Source: Nitrospirota bacterium (GTDB taxonomy: Bacteria; Nitrospirota; Thermodesulfovibrionia; UBA6902; DSMQ01). From it: a stretch of DNA of 32,179 nucleotides. How positions within the stretch are numbered: position 1 is the first letter of the stretch; each line of letters starts with the position of its first letter. Of the stretch, positions 9,901-18,619 are shown in pieces. A model generated the notes under the pieces. It was not told where the DNA came from. It saw nothing but the letters and a program-made list of their open reading frames with translations, and ran no database searches. The stretch spans positions 1 through 32,179 of the forward strand of contig JACROO010000045.1 of assembly GCA_016214355.1 (NCBI GenBank), in the 5' to 3' direction. The translations under genes and the position numbers were made by a program.

Positions 9901-11273
9901 GCGCAGATGCCGGTGTTATAACGCGGTGCGAGGCTTTTCTTGACAGCATTAGCAATATAAAAGCAGTTAGCAGTGAGCAGTTGGCGGTTAGTAAAGAACT
10001 AACTGCTAACTGCTATCCGCTATCCGCTAAATCGCCAACTATCTCTCGTAATTTACAAAGGCGTATTATATTTATACCACGGATGTCAGACCATGCATTG
10101 GGGATTGCTGCAGCCTTTGAGTCCTGCGGGGTTGACGCTGAGGTCTTGGATGCGCCTGATATTGAAACCGTGAAGGTCGGGAGACAATACATTTCAGGGA
10201 AAGAATGCTATCCATGCGTTATCACAACAGGGGACATGGTAAAAAAGGCGATATCAAAAGACTTTAATCCTTCAAGGGCTGCCTTTTTCATGCCGTCAGG
10301 CGCAGGACCGTGCCGTTTCGGGCAATATAATATCCTCCACAGGCTTGTTCTGAGTGAAGCAGGATTCCCGGATGTCCCGATATTTTCCCCCAACCAGGAC
10401 GCATCTTTTTACAGGGAATTAGGCATGGTCGGCAAGGACCTCACTAAACATGCATGGAAAGGCATTATTGCAATAGAACTGCTGATGAAATGTCTTCATG
10501 AAACAAGACCCTATGAAAGTAACAAAGGAGAAACCGAAAATATTTACAAAGAATATCTCGTAAAAATCAGCCGGAGCGTTAAAAGCCATAATGGCGCTAT
10601 GCATGAACTTTTGAGAGAAATGCAGAGGACATTTTCTGCAGTACCAAAAAATACCCGGAAAAAGCCCCTTGTCGGCATTGTCGGAGAAATCTTTGTCAGG
10701 CACAATGCCTTTTCAAATGAAGATATTATCAGAAAGATAGAGGCGCTGGGCGGTGAGGTCTGGCTTGCTCCCGTAGAAGAATGGCTTTATTATGTAAATC
10801 AGATGGGACTGCGCAAGGCAGTAAACAAATTCAGGAGTATGCCTTTTTCAAAAAAAGCTGCGTCAGAAACCTTAAGCATCTTTGTTACAGGACTTGTGCA
10901 AAAAAGGATTGAACATGAATTTTCAAAACCGTTTAACGGGTTTCTTAAAACAGTTAAGGAGCCTTCAACAAAAAAAATATTTGCAAATGCCTTACCATAC
11001 CTGCATAATTCTTTTGAAGGCGAGGCGATTCTGAGCATGGGCAAGGCGGTGGATTTTGTTCAAAGGGGAGCCTCTGGCATTATCAGCGTAATGCCTTTCG
11101 GCTGCATGCCGGGAACTATCGTAAGCGCCTTATTGAAAGGACTAAAACAGGATACGGACATTCCGTGCCTCAGCATCGCATATGACGGGGCAGAGGCAAC
11201 ATGCTCTGAGATACAGCTTGAGGCTTTTATGCATCAGGCGGCAGTGTTGTTAAATGGCGCAAAAAGAAGATGA
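6957..11273 (+). CDS. Acyl-CoA dehydratase activase-related protein (two BadF/BcrAD/HgdC ASKHA ATPase domains + DUF2229 + C-terminal domain)
   Basis: GLDAGSVSVK and GIDIGSISTN, two CAAGTGSF and two RC(S/T)VF motifs, ESCFPHK, FSCGPD, KECYP, GPCRFGQY, PFGCMPG. Confidence 0.92.
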   Translation: MKKFIGLDAGSVSVKIAVLDAEGSILETKYVRHKGKPLTVACDLLSEINCPYSLSITGSAGRLIAQIFGIEPVNEIVAQSYSTKKLFPHINTVFEMGGEDSKLILLENGRVKEFSMNSVCAAGTGSFLDQQAERLRLSIEEFSEIALKSETPPRIAGRCSVFAKSDMIHLQQIATPMEDIVAGLCFAVARNFKGSICKNMALTEPVSFQGGVASNKGVTKAIKEVFGFKGLLIPEHYALMPAIGAALNDMEQGGGNTYDIEKLKAFLSSRKNEDRGHEPLTKVHSSQFTVYTKQTPTYQLSTVNRQLSTKAYLGIDIGSISTNLAVIDEDGGLLAKRYLMTAGRPIEAVRQGLAEIGGEIGNNVKIIGVGTTGSGRYMIADFVGADIVKNEITAQATAAVAIDTEVDTIFEIGGQDSKYISIKDGVIVDFEMNKACAAGTGSFIEEQAEKLDLSVKEEFSKMAFESRNPCALGERCTVFMENSLLSRQQRGIPKEDLVAGLSYSIVQNYINRVVGDKKIGEKIFFQGGVAFNEAVVAAFEKYLNKSITVPPHHDVTGAIGMAIIARGYMKNKKSAISSEQLAVSKNELTANSYSLTAESSFKGFDLSRRNYEIKSFGCKGCENLCEINSVRIEGEKDPLFYGSRCEKYDVKRKKKYSSNIDMPDLFAEREDILTKTHREYKERFSVPSSQFPVRIGIPRIFFFHDLLPFWSTLLWELGFEVELSDKTTRQIVNKGVENILSESCFPHKASHGHIKNLIEKNVDAILIPSFINLNSSIEAMRGFACPYVQTIPYIARAAFGKAENRIKFLNPVVNKELGEDFLLSELHKTLRHYNISKHKIKKAVIKAENVQGEFISAVKNRGKKVLGNLNGKTIVILGRSYNAFDSGMNLDIPKKLSDLGVLSIPMDYLPLEEIDISSKWPGMYWRSGQNILRAAEIIRNNTDLFALYLGNFSCGPDSFIHKYFKETIGSKPFLQIEIDEHSADAGVITRCEAFLDSISNIKAVSSEQLAVSKELTANCYPLSAKSPTISRNLQRRIIFIPRMSDHALGIAAAFESCGVDAEVLDAPDIETVKVGRQYISGKECYPCVITTGDMVKKAISKDFNPSRAAFFMPSGAGPCRFGQYNILHRLVLSEAGFPDVPIFSPNQDASFYRELGMVGKDLTKHAWKGIIAIELLMKCLHETRPYESNKGETENIYKEYLVKISRSVKSHNGAMHELLREMQRTFSAVPKNTRKKPLVGIVGEIFVRHNAFSNEDIIRKIEALGGEVWLAPVEEWLYYVNQMGLRKAVNKFRSMPFSKKAASETLSIFVTGLVQKRIEHEFSKPFNGFLKTVKEPSTKKIFANALPYLHNSFEGEAILSMGKAVDFVQRGASGIISVMPFGCMPGTIVSALLKGLKQDTDIPCLSIAYDGAEATCSEIQLEAFMHQAAVLLNGAKRR
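7802..7883. repeat. In-frame heptamer hairpin (AGTTYAC n ... CYGTCAA n) in an activase linker
   Basis: Encodes VHSSQFTVYTKQTPTYQLSTVNRQLST between the two ATPase domains. Confidence 0.85.
8675..8748. repeat. In-frame heptamer hairpin (AGCAGTT n ... AACWGCT n)
   Basis: Encodes SAISSEQLAVSKNELTANSYSLTAE. Confidence 0.88.
9005..9036. repeat. In-frame heptamer tandem repeat (CAGTTCY n)
   Basis: gttctcagttcccagttctcagttcccagttc encodes FSVPSSQFPV. Confidence 0.8.
9962..10029. repeat. In-frame heptamer hairpin, close relative of 8675-8748
   Basis: Encodes AVSSEQLAVSKELTANCYPLSAK. Confidence 0.88.
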
Positions 11274-11329
11274 GCAAGCACAAGCACAAGAAGCTTCTCA
11301 AAAAAACCAAACATCAGAGAAGAAAATAG
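11240..11329 (+). CDS. AURKAIP1/COX24 (bS22/mS38-like) small basic protein; expected start codon missing, internal ATG at 11270
   Basis: The frame reads GSVVKWRKKKMSKHKHKKLLKKTKHQRRK*, matching the MGSVIKKRRKKMSKHKHKKLL family pattern. It is too short for the ORF track. Confidence 0.8.
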   Translation, partial: GSVVKWRKKKMSKHKHKKLLKKTKHQRRK

Positions 11330-11368
11330 CGCCTGTGGAACGCAGGTAACCGGGCTATTTCTTGCCTC

Positions 11369-11398
11369 TTGACATCTTGGAATATAATACCTTATACT
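11369..11398 (+). promoter_or_regulatory. Sigma70-type promoter upstream of the LamG gene
   Basis: TTGACA-18 bp-TATACT. Confidence 0.55.
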
Positions 11399-11458
11399 TT
11401 TTAAGTTTTTAATAATCCAGCCAAGTACAATATTTTATTTAAGGGGGAAGGTGCAATT

Positions 11459-12394
11459 ATGAAGATGTTATTCAGTTATAAGAGAAATTTATTGCTGTTT
11501 ATTGCGGGTATTTTTATTTTGACAGCCGCAGGTTTTTTGCTGACAAGCTGCGGCGCAGGCCCGCAGACTAAGGTGACGGAGCCAGAGAATGGGGATTTCG
11601 CTCTTCAATTTACTGGTGCTGAATATGTTAGAGCAGATATAACTCAAGGACAGGGGTCATCGCTCAGGAATAAACCTGTTACAGTTGAAGCGTGGGTAAA
11701 GACAACTGCCACAACTTTAACGACCATTTTTGCGCGGGGAGCTACTACAGGAGCTATTTTATTTGTTGATAATGGTGCAAATTGTGCTGCTGCCGGCAGG
11801 GTTGGTTTTACCGATGGCGATGTATTTGTATGCAGTACTGCTGCGAAAAATGACGGCGCATGGCATCATCTGGCAGGAGTAATAGCAAATGCTGACCACA
11901 GCACTGTTCATGCAGAGTGTTCTTGTGCTACTATTGTATGCGGTGATTTGGATTCAGATTTGTCGTATAGAGATGAAATACCACATATAGATTTCTATGT
12001 AGACGGTGTTTTTCAGGATTGTGCTGCTCCAAGTTCAAGTATTTACCCTGCAGGTATTGATAACGGCACTAATGCAATGGGAGCTAATCCGGATGGGGTT
12101 GGGAGCAATCTTTCTGCTACCCCGGTTGATTTTACCGGAACTATTGATGAGGTTAGAATCTGGGGCGCTGCGAGAACAGAAAATCAGATTCAGCAATGCA
12201 TGCGGCAGGAGCTTGGCGTAACAGGAGGGGTATGCGGAATTGATAGCAGTATTTTAGAAGGTTACTGGAAACTTAATGAGGGAACCGGTCACAAGGCTAC
12301 TGATGCCTCGGGTCATGGCATTGACGGTTCAAAATATATTTCTGCTACTTCTGCTAACTGGGACGGCGGCTGGGTTTCAGGTTATCCGTTTTAA
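11459..12394 (+). CDS. LamG/concanavalin-like jellyroll lipoprotein
   Basis: Lipobox LTSC; TVEAWVK, WHHLAGV, FYVDG, FTGTIDEVRIW, GYWKLNEGTG...DASG motifs. Confidence 0.88.
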   Translation: MKMLFSYKRNLLLFIAGIFILTAAGFLLTSCGAGPQTKVTEPENGDFALQFTGAEYVRADITQGQGSSLRNKPVTVEAWVKTTATTLTTIFARGATTGAILFVDNGANCAAAGRVGFTDGDVFVCSTAAKNDGAWHHLAGVIANADHSTVHAECSCATIVCGDLDSDLSYRDEIPHIDFYVDGVFQDCAAPSSSIYPAGIDNGTNAMGANPDGVGSNLSATPVDFTGTIDEVRIWGAARTENQIQQCMRQELGVTGGVCGIDSSILEGYWKLNEGTGHKATDASGHGIDGSKYISATSANWDGGWVSGYPF

Positions 12395-12448
12395 CTGCAC
12401 ATTTAGGGCAATTACATAAAGGGGAAGTGTTAAATCGCTTCTTTTTTT

Positions 12449-13240
12449 TTATTCCTTAAACCTTGTAACTTTTATGCCGATGAATTTCATTGATTTAAGA
12501 TAGTCGGCAAAAAGCACTTTTTTTACCCCGTTAGAAACATTTTTTCTAACGGGGTCAGTGTCTTTGCCTTTCACCCCGCTTGCATGGATTAAATAAATTT
12601 CTCTGTGTTCTGTGTTCTGTGTTCTGTGCTCTGTCTTTATAATCCCGATATGCCCGACTATTTCACCACCAACTCTCTTTTTAGGGTCTTTAATGAAAAA
12701 GACGATATCACCGTTTTTTAACATCTCAACGGCATTCACTGCCTCCTGTTTCAGAAGAATCTTAACTTTTTTTTGCCCGCGCGAGCCTTTTATGGATGTT
12801 GTCTTTCCGAGTTCTGCTGAAATATCATTCCCCCATTTACCGCTTAAAATCATATCTTCGCCGTATTGAAACCTGTCGCTGTAGTTTAAAACCGTGTTAT
12901 CCTGCAAAATCCCTTTTGTGTGAAACCGCATATCAAGCGCCTTTTCAATTGCCTGCTCAGGGGTACTGCTCAGGGCAAGCTCTGCAGACCTGAATACATG
13001 ATACATGCAGTCCACCCTTTCATCCGAGACTATCACTTCTCTCCTTACATATTCACCCAGCGGGTCAGGGTCATAAGGACTGCCGACAAACTGCTCTGCC
13101 CAGAAGGCAATTCTGTCAGCAAGAGGTTTATCTTTTAATGCCTGCTGCAGTCTATCAATATTTTCTGTTTCTAAGGCAGTTACATTTTGACTTGATAGAG
13201 TAAGTGCAATGATATATATTATTACTACAAACTTTTTCAT
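12449..13240 (-). CDS. DUF1460/AmiA-like NlpC/P60-superfamily peptidoglycan amidase, secreted
   Basis: Signal peptide, FVGSPY, VDCMYHV (catalytic Cys), GDIVFF, HIGII, IHAS. Confidence 0.75.
   Translation of the reverse strand: MKKFVVIIYIIALTLSSQNVTALETENIDRLQQALKDKPLADRIAFWAEQFVGSPYDPDPLGEYVRREVIVSDERVDCMYHVFRSAELALSSTPEQAIEKALDMRFHTKGILQDNTVLNYSDRFQYGEDMILSGKWGNDISAELGKTTSIKGSRGQKKVKILLKQEAVNAVEMLKNGDIVFFIKDPKKRVGGEIVGHIGIIKTEHRTQNTEHREIYLIHASGVKGKDTDPVRKNVSNGVKKVLFADYLKSMKFIGIKVTRFKE
12525..12555. repeat. ACCCCGTTAGAAA...TTTCTAACGGGGT mini inverted-repeat element, in frame in the amidase
   Basis: Perfect 13-bp inverted repeat; second copy at 19074-19115. Confidence 0.85.
12602..12635. repeat. 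In-frame heptamer tandem repeat (TCTGTGT n)
   Basis: Encodes TEHRTQNTEHR in the amidase. Confidence 0.85.
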
Positions 13241-13282
13241 CTCACTTAAAGTTTAAAAATAAAAAAGCAAAATTGCAAATGA

Positions 13283-13494
13283 ACCACCCTGCGGCAGAGA
13301 CTGTAGGGCATCTAAAAAATTTATTTTGTTAGCTGTCATTCCTGCGGAAGTCTATGACCCGTGCCTATGGCTCGGAGCCAACGGCTCATAGAGGGTCACG
13401 ACCCATAGGGCAGGAATCCAGAAAAAACAAAAGACTGGATTCTCTACGAGTCATAGACCGCATCTCTACGAGTCGTAGGCAAGTGCGGAATGAC
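13283..13494. repeat. Hairpin (13287-13308) plus REP-like TGTCATTCCTGCGGAA/GGAATGAC element carrying ~6 nested 16-bp palindromic inserts
   Basis: Comparison with the uninterrupted copy at 24465 shows inserts at 13350-13409, 13443-13458 and 13465-13480. Confidence 0.85.
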
Positions 13495-13510
13495 GTAAAC
13501 GAGTGCAGAT

Positions 13511-16500
13511 ATGCGAGTTGAGAAAATAGAACTAATAGGCTTCAAGTCTTTTTCCGAAAAAACTGTCTTTAATTTCCATCACGGAATTACCGCAATTATT
13601 GGTCCTAACGGCTGCGGCAAAAGCAATATTGTTGATGCCGTTAAGTGGGTCCTCGGTGAACAGAGCGCCAAAAGCCTTAGAGGCGCCAGCATGGAAGATG
13701 TCATATTCAACGGCTCTGTCTCAAAAAAACAAAAAGGGATGGCAGAGGTAACTTTTGTAATATCAGGAATCAGCAGCGGTTCATCCGGAAATGGTGAAGT
13801 CTCTGTCACAAGGCGTCTCTACAGGTCCGGCGAGAGCGAATATCTTATAAATAAAGTGCCGTGCAGGCTTAAAGATATTAAAGACCTCTTTCTTGATACA
13901 GGACTTGAGCTCAAAACCTATTCAATATTAGAACAGGGCAGGATGGACGAAATCATTACTTCAAAACCTCTGGACAGGAGGTTCCTGATTGAAGAAGTCG
14001 CCGGCGTTATGAAATACAAGGTGCGAAAGGCTGAGGCACTTCAAAAACTTGAGTCATCCCAGACAAACCTCCAGAGATTACAGGATATAATTACTGAAGT
14101 TAAACGTCAGATTAACTCTATTGACAGATATGCAAAAAAGGCAGAAAGGTATAAAAGACTTTTTGAGGAAATCAAAGACATTGAAATTAGAATTGCCGCA
14201 AGGGATACAAATCTCTTAAGTAAAGAGCTCTCAGATATTACGTCATCAGAGAATTCGCTCAAATCACATGAGGCTGAACTCTCTGCGAACATGCACTCAG
14301 CAGAAGCACTGATAGAGCAAAAAAAGCTTGTATGCCTTGAAAATGAAAAAAAACTCGCGGAGATTCAATCTAAGCTCTATTCTGCTGAAAGAGAAGTTAC
14401 AGAGGGTGAAGGCAAAGCAGCACTTCTCAGAAGCGAATGTGACAATCTGAAAGGCAGGCTCCACAGGCTGTTTTCGCGCGACAGTGAACTTGCCATTGAG
14501 ACAGAAAACATCAGCACCCAGAATAAAGAGGCAGAAGATACCTCCATGAAGTTAAGTTATGAGATATCAAGCCTTGAGGAAATCCTCAGGACAAGGAGCA
14601 GTTCATTTCAGGATTCTGAAAATGAAATTCTGGGGCTTGAACAAATTCTTGAATCCGGAAGAAAGCAGCTTTTTGACAAGGCAGAGAGCATCATTGCCCT
14701 TAAAAATGAGATAAGCAATCTGACAGCATTGATAGAAGACCTCAATAGAAAAGAAGACAAAAATACCGGTGATATAAATTCTGCTAAAGAAAAAATTTTC
14801 TTGCTCGGCACTTCAATCAGGGAAATAAATAACAGTTGTTTAAATTTAGATTCAGAATTTAAAAACAGGACAGAGACAAAAGAAAGGCTGATTAGCGACA
14901 TAGACAGAAAAAAAGAGGAACTGGCAAAGATAGAAGAACAGCTTTATAAGGACAGGGAAGAACTCGCCTTCTTGACTTCAAGGCTTGAATCCCTGACAGA
15001 GTTATACAGGGACAAAAGAGAAGGCGTAGAGGAAAACATAAAGATACTCTGCCAGGTAGCTGATATTTTTGAGAGTCCTCCGGAGTATGAGACCGCGATA
15101 GAGGCAGCACTCGGAGAAAAACTCAGCGCAGCAGTCGTAGATAACCACCATGAAATAAAAAAGGCATTAGATTTTATAAAAGAACATAAAATAAACAGAA
15201 CTGCCTTTATACCTGTAAATATAAATTTCCACGGTGCAGTTCAGCAGGCTTCTGCTGCGACGGAAAATCAGGAAGGAGTTATTGGCAGAGCCGTTGATTT
15301 TGTCAAGGCAAAGGAAGGGTTTGAAAAAATTGTGGCGTCCCTGCTTAACAATGTGCTTATAGTTAATAACCTGAACGCAGTGTTTGACCTCTGGCAGTCT
15401 TCGCATCAGGTGCATCCGCTAAATGGGACGGCAAAACTCTTTGTCACACTTGACGGAGATGTGCTTGAACCTTCAGGCATTGCCGTTGGCGGCATTGAAA
15501 AAGGCATTCTGAAGGTAAAGCGCGAGATTAAACAGCTTAAAAAAACTATTACTTCAAAGAAGTCTGATATTTCTTCATACGAGGGGAAAGTGGCATCCTT
15601 CAAAGAAGACATTGCATCTATAGATAAAAACATTTCCTCCATCATAGAGGAAATTTCCCGCATTGAAAAAGATCGTCATGAGCTTCAACTGAAAATAGTC
15701 AGCCTGCAGGAAGAAAACCTGACTCAGGAAAAGAAATTAGAATACCTCGTCATTGAACTTGATGAATACCGGAAAGAAAGAGATACGGCTCTGCAGGTTT
15801 TAAATGAAAAGAATACTGCCTGTAAGGCGCAGGAAGATGAACGCTCTGCAATAGAAGACAGGATAAGAAACGCCCATAGCGCAATTACTGATAAAAAAGA
15901 AATACTTGAGGCACTGCGCACTGAACTCACAGAGACTAAACTCTCTATTGCCGCTCTCAGGGAAAAGATTGATTCTCTGGGAAGGGAAAAAGAAAGGCTC
16001 AACACATCCCTTTCAGAGATAAAAAAGAAAAAAGAAGAAATATCAGGGGAACGCCTTGAGATTGAGCAGCGAATCGGACAGAAAGAGGATGAGATAAAAG
16101 AAAAAGAAGACCTCCTCAGGTCTTCTGTGGTTACAATCGGAGAAATGCAGGCTGAACTTTCAAATGTAAAAGATATGCTCGAGGCTAAAACAGCAGAACT
16201 GAATCTGATAGAAAAACAGCAGAAGTCCTACGCGTCAGGGCTGGAATTAGTCCGCAGGGAGCTTTCGCAGGCGGAGCTAAAAAAGACAGAGGCATCTTTA
16301 AGGCTTAAGTATATAACAGAAGATATTAAAAAGTCCTACGGTATTGAGCTTGCCGTTTCAGAACAGCCGACGGCTGAACCATCTCTTTCAGAAAACGAAG
16401 AAAGGCTCCCGGCATTAAGGGAAAAACTTCAGGAGATAGGGCCTGTTAATCTCGGCACGCTGGAAGAATTTGAGGAGCTCAAGACAAGGTATGAATTTCT

Positions 16501-17035
16501 GACCCGGCAGCAGGATGACCTCATTCAGTCCATAAGCTCACTGCAAGATGCAATTTCAAAAATAAACAGGACAACGCACAAGAGGCTCACAGAGGCATTT
16601 GAGGCGCTGAACGCAAAATTTAAAGAAGTCTTTGCAGTGCTTTTTGGAAAAGGCAGGGCAGAACTTACCCTTACCTCAAACAACATCCTTGAGGCAGGCA
16701 TTGAAATAGTGGCACAGCCGCCCGGCAAAAAATTACAGAATTTAATGTTGCTCTCAGGCGGAGAAAAGGCGCTGACAGCTCTTTCCCTGCTCTTTGCAGG
16801 TTTTATGATAAAGCCCACTCCTTTATGCCTTCTGGATGAGGTGGATGCACCGCTGGATGAATCAAATACGGATAGATTTGTTGCCTTACTGACAGAACTT
16901 GCAAAAAATATCCAGTTTATTACCATCACCCACAACCGGAGAACCATGGAAGCTGCTGAATACATATACGGTATTACGATGGAAGAGCCCGGAGTATCTA
17001 AGGTTATCTCAGTGCATATGGCGGAAGCGGTGTGA
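13511..17035 (+). CDS. smc: Chromosome segregation protein SMC
   Basis: GFKSF, Walker A GPNGCGKS, coiled coils, hinge Gx6Gx3GG, LSGGE, LLDEVDAPLD. Confidence 0.98.
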   Translation: MRVEKIELIGFKSFSEKTVFNFHHGITAIIGPNGCGKSNIVDAVKWVLGEQSAKSLRGASMEDVIFNGSVSKKQKGMAEVTFVISGISSGSSGNGEVSVTRRLYRSGESEYLINKVPCRLKDIKDLFLDTGLELKTYSILEQGRMDEIITSKPLDRRFLIEEVAGVMKYKVRKAEALQKLESSQTNLQRLQDIITEVKRQINSIDRYAKKAERYKRLFEEIKDIEIRIAARDTNLLSKELSDITSSENSLKSHEAELSANMHSAEALIEQKKLVCLENEKKLAEIQSKLYSAEREVTEGEGKAALLRSECDNLKGRLHRLFSRDSELAIETENISTQNKEAEDTSMKLSYEISSLEEILRTRSSSFQDSENEILGLEQILESGRKQLFDKAESIIALKNEISNLTALIEDLNRKEDKNTGDINSAKEKIFLLGTSIREINNSCLNLDSEFKNRTETKERLISDIDRKKEELAKIEEQLYKDREELAFLTSRLESLTELYRDKREGVEENIKILCQVADIFESPPEYETAIEAALGEKLSAAVVDNHHEIKKALDFIKEHKINRTAFIPVNINFHGAVQQASAATENQEGVIGRAVDFVKAKEGFEKIVASLLNNVLIVNNLNAVFDLWQSSHQVHPLNGTAKLFVTLDGDVLEPSGIAVGGIEKGILKVKREIKQLKKTITSKKSDISSYEGKVASFKEDIASIDKNISSIIEEISRIEKDRHELQLKIVSLQEENLTQEKKLEYLVIELDEYRKERDTALQVLNEKNTACKAQEDERSAIEDRIRNAHSAITDKKEILEALRTELTETKLSIAALREKIDSLGREKERLNTSLSEIKKKKEEISGERLEIEQRIGQKEDEIKEKEDLLRSSVVTIGEMQAELSNVKDMLEAKTAELNLIEKQQKSYASGLELVRRELSQAELKKTEASLRLKYITEDIKKSYGIELAVSEQPTAEPSLSENEERLPALREKLQEIGPVNLGTLEEFEELKTRYEFLTRQQDDLIQSISSLQDAISKINRTTHKRLTEAFEALNAKFKEVFAVLFGKGRAELTLTSNNILEAGIEIVAQPPGKKLQNLMLLSGGEKALTALSLLFAGFMIKPTPLCLLDEVDAPLDESNTDRFVALLTELAKNIQFITITHNRRTMEAAEYIYGITMEEPGVSKVISVHMAEAV

Positions 17036-18396
17036 AAAACATCAAGGACATCCTGCCCGGCAGGGTATTAACAGATATAGAAGACCTTTTCTGCTACGGA
17101 TTTGATGCCTCATCCTTTGAAGGGCTCCCTTCTGCCGTAATCAGACCGGTTAATACCGATGAAGTTTCCATCGCTGTCACCTTTGCATTTGAGCGGGGCG
17201 TCCCTTTGATTCCCCGCGGCGCAGGGACAGGCATGACAGCAGGCGCAGTCCCAAATCTTCGGGATTCAATCATACTTTCCCTTGAGGGAATGAACAGAAT
17301 TATTGATATTGACGATAAAAATCTCGTCGCTGTACTTGAACATGGTGTTATAAACGCCGCATTGCAGAATAAATTAGAGTCAATGGGATTTTTTTATCCG
17401 CCTGACCCCGCAAGCATGGATTTCTGCACGATAGGCGGAAATGTCGCAGAAAACGCAGGTGGTCCGAGGGCGCTTAAATACGGCGTTACCAGGGATTATG
17501 TCCTTGGACTTGAGCTCGTCCTTCCAAACGGCAAAGTCCTTACAACAGGCGTAAAAACACATAAAGGAGTCGTGGGCTATGACCTGACAAGGCTTATAGT
17601 AGGCTCTGAAGGGACGCTTGCCGTCATAACAAAGATATTTTTAAAGGTACTGCCTCAGCCGGAGGAAATAGCTACCCTTTTATGCCCGTTCCCTAAATTG
17701 GAGTCAGCAGCAATGGCAGTCTCTAAGATAACAGCGTCAAAGATAATACCGAGAACCCTTGAATTCATGGACCACGAGGCAATCAAGGCTGTTGAAAATT
17801 ACAAACCTGTGGGGCTTCCTGCTGACGCCGAGGCATTGCTCCTGATAGAAGTTGACGGTGCGCCGGCTTCGGTAAATGCAGAGGCTGATAAAATAGCAGC
17901 AATCTGCACTTCTTTGGGTGCTGATGTCCGCGTAGCAGACGATATTTACTCAAGAAAGCGGCTTTGGGAGGCGAGGAGGTCAGTATCACCTGCACTTTAC
18001 AGGATAAGCCCTTCAAAGATAAACGAGGACATTGTTGTTCCGAGAAGCAAAATACCGGAGATGATACTCTCACTGAGAAACATAGGGGACAGGTATGGTT
18101 TAAAAATAGTGAATTTTGGACATGCAGGCGATGGGAACATCCACGTAAACATCATGACCGATAAAAATAATCAGGAGGAATATCAAAAGGCAAAAGACTC
18201 AGTAAAAGATATTTTTGAAGCCACGCTCAGATTAGGCGGAACCATCTCGGGAGAGCATGGGGTAGGGCTGAGCAAAGCAGAATATCTGAAGATGGAACTT
18301 TCTCCTTTAGGTATTGAGCTTATGAAGGCCATAAAAAAGACTTTTGACCCGAAAGGCATCATGAATCCCGGCAAGATATTTCCGGCTGATATTTAA
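17032..18396 (+). CDS. FAD-linked oxidase, glycolate oxidase GlcD / D-lactate dehydrogenase family
   Basis: PRGAGTG, YPPDPAS, TIGGNVAENAGG, GSEGTLA, GHAGDGNIH, SGEHGVG, NPGKI. Confidence 0.92.
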   Translation: MKNIKDILPGRVLTDIEDLFCYGFDASSFEGLPSAVIRPVNTDEVSIAVTFAFERGVPLIPRGAGTGMTAGAVPNLRDSIILSLEGMNRIIDIDDKNLVAVLEHGVINAALQNKLESMGFFYPPDPASMDFCTIGGNVAENAGGPRALKYGVTRDYVLGLELVLPNGKVLTTGVKTHKGVVGYDLTRLIVGSEGTLAVITKIFLKVLPQPEEIATLLCPFPKLESAAMAVSKITASKIIPRTLEFMDHEAIKAVENYKPVGLPADAEALLLIEVDGAPASVNAEADKIAAICTSLGADVRVADDIYSRKRLWEARRSVSPALYRISPSKINEDIVVPRSKIPEMILSLRNIGDRYGLKIVNFGHAGDGNIHVNIMTDKNNQEEYQKAKDSVKDIFEATLRLGGTISGEHGVGLSKAEYLKMELSPLGIELMKAIKKTFDPKGIMNPGKIFPADI

Positions 18397-18619
18397 GTCA
18401 TCTAAGTGACAAATGGAGGATTAAACCCTTAAATGAATTTACACAGAAGTCTTGACACTAATAAGACTTTTCGTTGTTTGACAATGCCTGCTGATTCTTG
18501 TTAGTATTCTTATATTAAATTTAACCTGCAACAGATTAAATTTTTCCTTTTATGGTATTTAATCGGTTTGTTTTTCTTACTGAAACTCTAATTTAAACAG
18601 AAGGGGGATGCACAATTCA

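Noticed and set aside
12418-12450. Bidirectional terminator between the LamG and amidase genes
   Set aside because: The position is plausible, but the stem is too weak to call.
18397-18607. Small ORF or structured RNA leader before rplI
   Set aside because: Only a short AAGTCTT/AAGACTT hairpin and promoter-like TTGACA boxes are visible; no recognisable RNA family.
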